Part shown: one piece after another, positions 14,324 through 14,337 of the stretch
Layout: each line of letters begins with the position of its first letter
Numbering within the stretch: position 1 is the first letter of the stretch
Virus genome (UHGV): UHGV-0078064
DNA from: a virus
DNA: 14,337 nt
Direction: 5' to 3' (one strand)
Made by a program: the position numbers and the translations under genes
The notes under the pieces: model-generated
Databases searched by the model: none
Told to the model about the DNA's origin: nothing
The model's input: the letters and a program-made list of their open reading frames with translations, nothing else

Positions 14324-14337
14324 GTTATTAGCTCAGT

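Noticed and set aside
1-14337. CRISPR array, insertion sequence, integrase or attachment site
   Set aside because: No short direct-repeat/spacer periodicity, no transposase-like or tyrosine-recombinase ORF, and no terminal inverted repeats. The window is internal to the phage genome (nin region through head genes) and does not reach the int/att end.

Overview
This window is a contiguous segment of a lambda-like (lambdoid) phage or prophage, with almost every gene on the minus strand. Read in the direction of transcription (high to low coordinates) it runs: tR2-like terminator, nin region (three unknown small genes, ninB, ninE, a NinX-like gene, ninF, a Roi-like Rha/ANT protein, ybcO, rusA, ninH), antiterminator Q, late promoter pR' with a promoter-proximal terminator, lysis cassette S-R-Rz/Rz1, an accessory island of about 2.6 kb, the cos site (cosN/cosB), then head genes Nu1, A, W, B, C/Nu3 and the start of D. 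Q, S, R, Rz, Nu1, A, W, B and C are near-identical to phage lambda as I recall those proteins. The divergent parts are the Rz-to-cos island (lambda has bor and two small ORFs there; here there are five or six unrelated ORFs, including a KilA-N domain protein and an AT-rich gene on the opposite strand), the pR' leader, and the nin region, which looks like a P22/DLP12-type mosaic. I see no rRNA, tRNA, CRISPR array, IS element or integrase. Non-ORF coordinates were counted by hand and may be off by 1-2 bp; all homology statements are from memory of protein families and need confirmation by database search.
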